Positions 7,967 to 13,141 of a stretch of 13,141 bases of DNA are shown one piece after another. The notes below the pieces were generated by a model, which worked only from the letters and a program-made list of their open reading frames with translations, searched no databases and was not told the DNA's origin. Every line of letters starts with the position of its first letter. Positions within the stretch are counted from its first letter, which is position 1. The position numbers were made by a program, and so were the translations under genes. Source of the DNA: a bacterium (lineage in GTDB: Bacteria; Zhuqueibacterota; Zhuqueibacteria; Oceanimicrobiales; Oceanimicrobiaceae); NCBI GenBank assembly GCA_046757165.1, contig JBHHXT010000128.1:1-13141 (forward strand), in the 5' to 3' direction.

Positions 7967-10783
7967 TTGAAATCCCTTTTGAGCAAAATCAGCAAAACAG
8001 GCGAAAAAATCCTGCACGGGTCCGTCGAGATCAGAGAGGGGGAAGTCAAGAAGACGCTTCTGATGGCGCTTTTCTTCTTTCTGGTCATCTTTGCCATCAC
8101 GGTGGTCAAACCCGTCCGGAATTCGCTCTTTTTGTCAAAGTTTGGTATCTCCAAACTGCCCTACATGTATATCGGGACCGCCATATTTACGGGCGTTTTG
8201 GTTTTGCTCGATTCGAAGTTGTCCGACTTTCTCAATCGTGCAGTGTTCATGTCTATCACCATCGGTTTTCTTCTGGTCAATTTGTTGCTGTTTTGGTGGC
8301 TAGTCAAGGTGCCGGACGGATGGATTCCCGCCGCTTTTTACATCTGGATAAATTTCTTCAACTACGTGCTGGTCGCCCATTTCTGGGCGTTTGCCAATGA
8401 ATTCTTCAATCCTCGCGAAGGGAAGCGCTTGTTTGGATTTATCTTGACCGTGGGCACCCTGGGGGGCATTGCCGGCGGACTGACGGCGGACCTGTCCGTG
8501 CGGAGATTCTTCGAAACCGAAGATGTTTTGCTGATCGCGGCCTTCACTCTTTTGCTCTGCATTGGGGTGGTGCAGCTCATAGAAAGCGTGACCTCCAACC
8601 CGCCATCGTCCAAAGAAATGATGAGTTCTCAGGACTCCCGGGCTGGCGCAACCGCAAACCCACTCGACCGGAGATTCTATCGGCGCCATCTGAGTTACCT
8701 GGGAGTGATGGTGGTCCTGGTCGTTATCGTCTCTACCCTGATAGACTATCAGTTCAATTTCATGGTGGCGAGTACCTACCCCACCAAAATGGCCAAGACA
8801 GAATTCTATGGCAGGTTCTTTGCCATCTTGAACATGGTTTCTCTTTTCGTGCAATTCTTCCTGACCAGCAAGATCCTGAAGAGATTTGGCATCGGGACCA
8901 CCTTGCTGCTGATGCCGTTGATTCTGTCGTTTGGCTCGGTGGGTCTCTTCTTTTTCCCCACGATCATGCTGGCAGCGTTTCTAAAAATCACAGACAAAAC
9001 CCTGCACTACTCCCTGGTTCAGACGTCGCGCGAGCTGCTGTTCTTGCCCATTGCATCACAGATTCGTGTGAAAGCAAAGCTGGTGATCAACATCTTTGTC
9101 AACCGCCTTGCGGGCGCTGTGGCCGCCTGCTTGATTCTTTTCATTCCATTGACGGTCCTGCAACTGAGTGGCATTGTCCTCGTTTTTCTGCTGATCTGGA
9201 TTGGTATCATTGGCACCTTGAAAACTGAGTATATCCGATCGATCAAGAGATTGCTGGTTCGACGGGATGTGGACGTTGAATCGAGTGTTATTGCAACCCT
9301 GGATGGGGATATGATTGCCACCCTTATCCGGGGACTGAACAGCAAGGACAACCAAAAAGTACGCTACGCTTTGAGTCTTTTGGAGCTTGTGCCCGGCAGG
9401 GAAATGGTTGCGCAGCTCATGCCCTTGCTGGACCATTGGGATGCGAGGATTCGCGCGCAGTCGCTGCGACTGTTGTTCAAATGTGGCGACGGCAAGAACC
9501 TCGAGCCCGTCATGCCGCTGCTGTCGGACCCCGATATCGAGGTGCGGAGTGAGGCGATTCATTTTATATGGGCCTACTGCGAAGAATGTCCGACGGAACG
9601 CATTACTGAGTTCCTTACGGATTCCGAGCCCAAAATCAAAGGCGCCATGTTAGCCTCGATGATCAATCACACGGGACGGTTGACGCCAGAAGCGAAGGAG
9701 ATTTTGAACCAGATGGTTCAGAACCACTCTCCGGTGGGCGAAGCACAGCGGGTGGAAGCCGCGCGAGTCCTGGGCATTCTCGACCAGGGTCTGGGTCTGC
9801 ACGACAAGTTATCCCAACTGCTGATGGATTCCTCTGTTGCCGTGCAACGAGCCGCAATCGAAAGCGCTGGCCGGGCGGTGCGCAACGAGTTTATCCTGCT
9901 CCTGGTTGCCAAATTGGGGAATCCCAAATTGAGAGGCTGCGCACGAGACGCCCTGGCCCAATACGGCAACCGTGTCGTGCCTCTTTTGAGAAAAATCCTG
10001 ATCGATTCAGATGAGAACCTCAGAATTCGACGAAGCATTCCGCGCGTATTGTTTCGGATTCAAACAAAAGAAAGTTGGGAAACTTTGCAGGAAAACGTCG
10101 CCATCCACAACGCCGCTTTCCGCTATGAGATCATCAAGTCGCTGAACAAGGTTCGCCAGGCGCAGCAGGACTGGAGATTTGATTTTGAAAAGATACACCA
10201 TGTTTTGTTGGAGGAAATAGAGAGCCACTACTGGAAGCTGAATATCTTTTATGCCATTGCCAGAAAGGAAACCCTGTTGATAGACGTCCGGGAAGTTGAT
10301 GATATCTTGTCCCCGGCTCTAAAGGAGAACCTGGAGCGGGGACTCGAGCGCATCTTCCGGCTGTTGGCCCTGCTCTATTCTCCCGATGATGTTTACAACG
10401 CTTATTACTACCTGACACAAGGCAGTCCGACTGAAAGAGCCCATGCACTGGAGCTCCTGGATAATTTGCTTCCGAACGATCTGGAGGTCCAGCTCTTGCC
10501 AATCCTGGACGAAGTTTCCCTGGGACACAAAATCCGTCAGGGCCGGGCCTTGTTTAACTTGAGCAAGCTTTCGAGAAAAGAGGCGATGTCCGCTTTGCTG
10601 TATGACGACGATCTTTGGCTGCGCGTGTGCACGATTTACAACATGGGACGGGAAGGGGTAACTGATTATCAAAATAGAATCAAACCCCACTTGAAATCCA
10701 ATGAGCCGATCTTAAAAGAAGCAGCCGAACGGTTTTTTCAGATTCTGCACCATGCAGATGTCAAGAGGGTTGCCGGGGAGTAG
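7967..10783 (+). CDS. Npt1/Npt2-like (TLC ATP/ADP translocase family) MFS-type transporter fused to HEAT repeats, 938 aa
   Basis: TTG start with AAGAGGT Shine-Dalgarno. About 420 aa with roughly 11-12 hydrophobic segments and motifs KPVRNSLFL, FW.FANEFFNPREGKRLFG, LIDYQF, LHYSL.QTSRELLFLP, R.KAK..I..FV.R. Then HEAT-like repeats (LL.H.DARIRAQ, LLSDPDIEVRSEA, LLMDSSVAVQRAA, RAHALELLDNLL, DDDLWLR). Confidence 0.85.
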   Translation: MKSLLSKISKTGEKILHGSVEIREGEVKKTLLMALFFFLVIFAITVVKPVRNSLFLSKFGISKLPYMYIGTAIFTGVLVLLDSKLSDFLNRAVFMSITIGFLLVNLLLFWWLVKVPDGWIPAAFYIWINFFNYVLVAHFWAFANEFFNPREGKRLFGFILTVGTLGGIAGGLTADLSVRRFFETEDVLLIAAFTLLLCIGVVQLIESVTSNPPSSKEMMSSQDSRAGATANPLDRRFYRRHLSYLGVMVVLVVIVSTLIDYQFNFMVASTYPTKMAKTEFYGRFFAILNMVSLFVQFFLTSKILKRFGIGTTLLLMPLILSFGSVGLFFFPTIMLAAFLKITDKTLHYSLVQTSRELLFLPIASQIRVKAKLVINIFVNRLAGAVAACLILFIPLTVLQLSGIVLVFLLIWIGIIGTLKTEYIRSIKRLLVRRDVDVESSVIATLDGDMIATLIRGLNSKDNQKVRYALSLLELVPGREMVAQLMPLLDHWDARIRAQSLRLLFKCGDGKNLEPVMPLLSDPDIEVRSEAIHFIWAYCEECPTERITEFLTDSEPKIKGAMLASMINHTGRLTPEAKEILNQMVQNHSPVGEAQRVEAARVLGILDQGLGLHDKLSQLLMDSSVAVQRAAIESAGRAVRNEFILLLVAKLGNPKLRGCARDALAQYGNRVVPLLRKILIDSDENLRIRRSIPRVLFRIQTKESWETLQENVAIHNAAFRYEIIKSLNKVRQAQQDWRFDFEKIHHVLLEEIESHYWKLNIFYAIARKETLLIDVREVDDILSPALKENLERGLERIFRLLALLYSPDDVYNAYYYLTQGSPTERAHALELLDNLLPNDLEVQLLPILDEVSLGHKIRQGRALFNLSKLSRKEAMSALLYDDDLWLRVCTIYNMGREGVTDYQNRIKPHLKSNEPILKEAAERFFQILHHADVKRVAGE

Positions 10784-10816
10784 ATTCTTGCGGTTCTTAG
10801 GCGCTTGGCGCCAGAC

Positions 10817-10845
10817 ATCGACAAAGTGTTGTCGATAATTTTTTT
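10817..10845 (+). terminator. Probable intrinsic terminator after the NTT-HEAT gene
   Basis: ATCGACAA-AGTG-TTGTCGAT stem-loop followed by AATTTTTTT. The stem is AT-rich, so its strength is uncertain. Confidence 0.55.
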
Positions 10846-10869
10846 GGGTCGATCGTTTCAGAAAAGGCC

Positions 10870-10980
10870 GTCATTTGAGCTTTGCTCGTCATTTGTTGTC
10901 ATTTGCCCTGTGGGCGTCATTGAGCAAGCAATGACCAAATGACGCCCGCAGGGCAAATGACGGCGCGAAGCGCTAATGAC
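10870..10980. repeat. Inverted array of GTCATT/AATGAC units with mini-hairpin spacers
   Basis: GTCATT at 10870, 10888, 10898 and 10916; AATGAC at 10930, 10938, 10956 and 10975. Segments 10898-10921 and 10938-10961 form a 23/24 inverted repeat. Confidence 0.85.
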
Positions 10981-11009
10981 TTTCTTCGCAGCGAAGTCTG
11001 CGAAAAAAA

Positions 11010-11095
11010 TTAGGCGCTTAGGCTGTAGACCTTTAGGCTGTAGGAAGCGCGTTGATGAGAGCACAGCCTAACAGCCTACAGCCTGAACACCTGAA
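11010..11095. repeat. Inverted array of TAGGCTG/CAGCCTA units
   Basis: Left arm TTAGGCGCTTAGGCTGTAGACCTTTAGGCTGTAGG; right arm ACAGCCTAACAGCCTACAGCCTGAACACCTGAA. Confidence 0.8.
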
Positions 11096-11111
11096 TAGGG
11101 AGAGACGAGTC

Positions 11112-11582
11112 TTGAATAATCGAAAAGCGCACGAAAAGAGCGAGCCGGTCCCGCCTGATGAGCGCCGTTTGACTGTGGTGGAAAAGGCGGCCATTCTGCA
11201 ACAGATCGATATTTATTCACAAACCAAAACGGAAGATTTAGCCCGTATCGCCGCCATCACCGAGGAAGTCGAATTTGAACAGGGCGACTTGATTTTCAAA
11301 GAGAACAGCAAAGGGGATGCGTTGTTCTTTCTTGTTTCCGGGGAAGTGAGCCTGCGAAAGGGGGACAGAGAGGTGAGGCGCATCTACTCTCACGGCAACT
11401 TCGGAGACCTGGCGTTGTTGGACAACAAACCCCGGGAATTCACCGCCATCGCCCTGCAGCATACCCACATATTGCGCATCAATAGCGAAGAATTCTACGA
11501 CCTGATAGAAGACCATATCGAGATCATCCGCGCGGTTTTCAAATCTTTGACAGGCCAGATTCGTCAACTGGTGAAAAAATAG
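11112..11582 (+). CDS. Stand-alone cyclic-nucleotide-binding (cNMP/CAP-ED) domain protein with no DNA-binding HTH
   Basis: Probable TTG start at 11112 after GGGAGAG; the ORF-track start at 11052 lies inside a repeat. Motifs LTVVEK..IL..IDIYS, IFKE...GD.LFFLVSGEV, FGDLALLDNKPREFTA and F.DLI. Confidence 0.88.
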   Translation: MNNRKAHEKSEPVPPDERRLTVVEKAAILQQIDIYSQTKTEDLARIAAITEEVEFEQGDLIFKENSKGDALFFLVSGEVSLRKGDREVRRIYSHGNFGDLALLDNKPREFTAIALQHTHILRINSEEFYDLIEDHIEIIRAVFKSLTGQIRQLVKK

Positions 11583-11593
11583 TCTGCCTAAAA

Positions 11594-12748
11594 TTACCAG
11601 GGACTCCCCAGCGCGATGGATGAAAACAGCTTCCACCCGTCGTGACTGGCGGCCAGGCCGACTGAGAATGGATGATTGGTATTGTGGAGACGAAAACCGA
11701 ACCCCAAATTTGCATGTATCTTCTTACCCGCAAGCCGGGTGGGATTTGAAGCCGTTTGTGCCAGATCGGTTAGGAGAAAGCCGTCGAGGTCAACAGATAG
11801 CGGGAAAGCCAGTTCGATGTTATAGACGCCTAAGGCAAAGTTGCGAAACCGCTCTTTCGAGAACCCGCGCAGTCCAGTCCTCGAACCGGCCTCCGGTATG
11901 GCAAAATAGGGAACCCGGTCCCTGTCAGAGGAGATGAGATATTCAAATCGCGTGCCGATGCTCAACTTCGTGGCTTCGAACAGGGGAAATTGTGTGCGAG
12001 TCTGCACGTTGAATCGCGCATACGAAGCAGCAGATGAGCTGAGGGGAAGGGCGATCTCCACATAAGAAGACCACTGGTTGTCCAGGGAAGCGACCCAGTA
12101 ATCAGTCGATTTTCGGTCGCTCAAAGAAAAACGCGACGAAACATAGCGGGAGTCCGAAGCTCGCTCGAACTCGCCACCGGCCACGAGACCTGAGCTGAAT
12201 TTCCAAAAGCCAGGAGACCAGCGAAAGACGGTGGCCGCGGAAATGCTTTGTCTGATTTCTCCCCCGACAAAAACGGACTTGTAAGTCGCCTCGACTCTCT
12301 TCGATTTAGAAGTCGCATTGCCAATGCCATAGAAAAACGGGTCCCGATCCAACTTTATCTTGAACAGGAAGCTGAACTTGGTATTCTCGGAAGAAAGGGA
12401 ATTCGCCAGATACCGGAACTTCCAGGAATAATCCCGGTAACTCTCGAACTTGAAGTGATGATACATTTTGTCCTCAGAATTCCAGAACGAGCGATGGCCC
12501 ATTTTGACACCGCCATAGGGGTCGAACCAGTCTTCTATGCCGGCATAAGGAAAGACGCGCGTGTGCGGGCCAATGGTGAACCCATTTAAAACAAATTTGA
12601 AATTCTCGATGAATTTGTCACGCTTGTTCTCTGCCTTGACACCGGTCTCTTGCGCAAAGATTTCATGGAATGGGAATAGATGGGCTAGCAGAGAGGCCGC
12701 CAACATGATGAGGATCGTTCTTTGCGTGTATCGACCTGTGTCTGCCAA
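11594..12748 (-). CDS. Outer-membrane beta-barrel protein, Omp85/BamA-TamA (surface antigen D15)-like, apparently without POTRA domains, about 384 aa
   Basis: TTG at 12748 with AGGAG 5 nt upstream and a signal-peptide-like ILIMLAASLLAHLF...IFA|Q. Contains FFYGIGN, alternating aromatic beta strands, an Omp85 loop-6-like GLRGF..ERFR motif, GFGFRL and a C-terminal Trp. Confidence 0.7.
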   Translation of the reverse strand: MADTGRYTQRTILIMLAASLLAHLFPFHEIFAQETGVKAENKRDKFIENFKFVLNGFTIGPHTRVFPYAGIEDWFDPYGGVKMGHRSFWNSEDKMYHHFKFESYRDYSWKFRYLANSLSSENTKFSFLFKIKLDRDPFFYGIGNATSKSKRVEATYKSVFVGGEIRQSISAATVFRWSPGFWKFSSGLVAGGEFERASDSRYVSSRFSLSDRKSTDYWVASLDNQWSSYVEIALPLSSSAASYARFNVQTRTQFPLFEATKLSIGTRFEYLISSDRDRVPYFAIPEAGSRTGLRGFSKERFRNFALGVYNIELAFPLSVDLDGFLLTDLAQTASNPTRLAGKKIHANLGFGFRLHNTNHPFSVGLAASHDGWKLFSSIALGSPW

Positions 12749-13016
12749 TCTATCTCCTGACTTGTCATCCAACGTTAGTGGGAGAACTACATACAAGAGA
12801 ACACGGATAGGCCCTGATTTAATCCCGGCACTTCTGGAGGTGAGACGTGAAATGTGAGACACTGCTATGACGTAAGATAGCCATTCGTTGTAAGATTTCG
12901 CGCATGATGAGCAAGCACCGATCCTACACGGTCTCTGACCGTGTATTTTGAGGCCCGGGAAGTTCTGGCCGCCAAAGGGGCTGTCCAAAAAGGTTCCTCG
13001 TGCCTGTCATTGGTGT

Positions 13017-13065
13017 CTGGTTCCAACGCTCTGCGTTGTGAACCAGCGCGGGACGCTCAGCGTCC
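13017..13065. repeat. REP-like double palindrome (left half of a REPIN-like element)
   Basis: CTGGTTC-CAACGC-TCT-GCGTTG-T-GAACCAG hairpin (13017-13046), then GGACGC-TCA-GCGTCC (13051-13065). It has the same CTGGTTCC start and two-hairpin layout as the 6410 and 7649 elements. Confidence 0.7.
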
Positions 13066-13141
13066 AGTGCCCAGCCTGCGCCTCCCCGACGCCGGGAAAC
13101 AAGGTCATTGCCAGCCGGCCTCGCGCTCGAGGGGCTGTCCC

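Noticed and set aside
7534..8400. Short ORFs on both strands around 7534-7964 and the 198-aa ORF at 7804-8400
   Set aside because: They arise from the palindromic element or overlap the transporter gene out of frame, and have no recognisable motifs.
10870..11095. Possible CRISPR array
   Set aside because: Units are 6-9 bp and inverted, spacers are very short, and there are no cas genes. This does not fit CRISPR repeat-spacer geometry.
10783..11112. NTT-HEAT and cNMP genes as one frameshifted or read-through ORF
   Set aside because: There is a clean stop, about 330 bp of repeat-rich spacer, a different reading frame, and a separate ribosome-binding site for the cNMP gene.
12749..12988. 80-aa N-terminal extension of the outer-membrane protein in the ORF track
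   Set aside because: A good Shine-Dalgarno, TTG and signal peptide at 12748 make the upstream part probably non-coding.

Overview
Bacterial chromosomal window from a probably diderm organism; the host cannot be assigned from sequence alone. A + strand run encodes a GT4 glycosyltransferase, a glycerophosphodiester phosphodiesterase, a large M23 metallopeptidase-domain protein and a rhomboid protease. These converge on a small receiver-domain protein with a C-terminal membrane anchor. Next is an initiator tRNA-fMet with its own sigma70-type promoter and terminator. A 5'-truncated AAA_14/DUF4143-type ATPase follows, bracketed by two related REPIN/MITE-like repeats. The right half holds an Npt/TLC-type nucleotide-transporter-HEAT-repeat fusion, a separate cyclic-nucleotide-binding protein, and a convergent POTRA-less Omp85/TamA-like barrel gene. 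Several intergenic gaps carry small palindromic or inverted short-repeat elements. The best leads are the NTT-HEAT/cNMP(/Omp85) module, the structured repeat cassette separating NTT-HEAT from cNMP, and the repeat-flanked truncated ATPase beside the tRNA. All family calls come from motifs read by eye; no searches were run.
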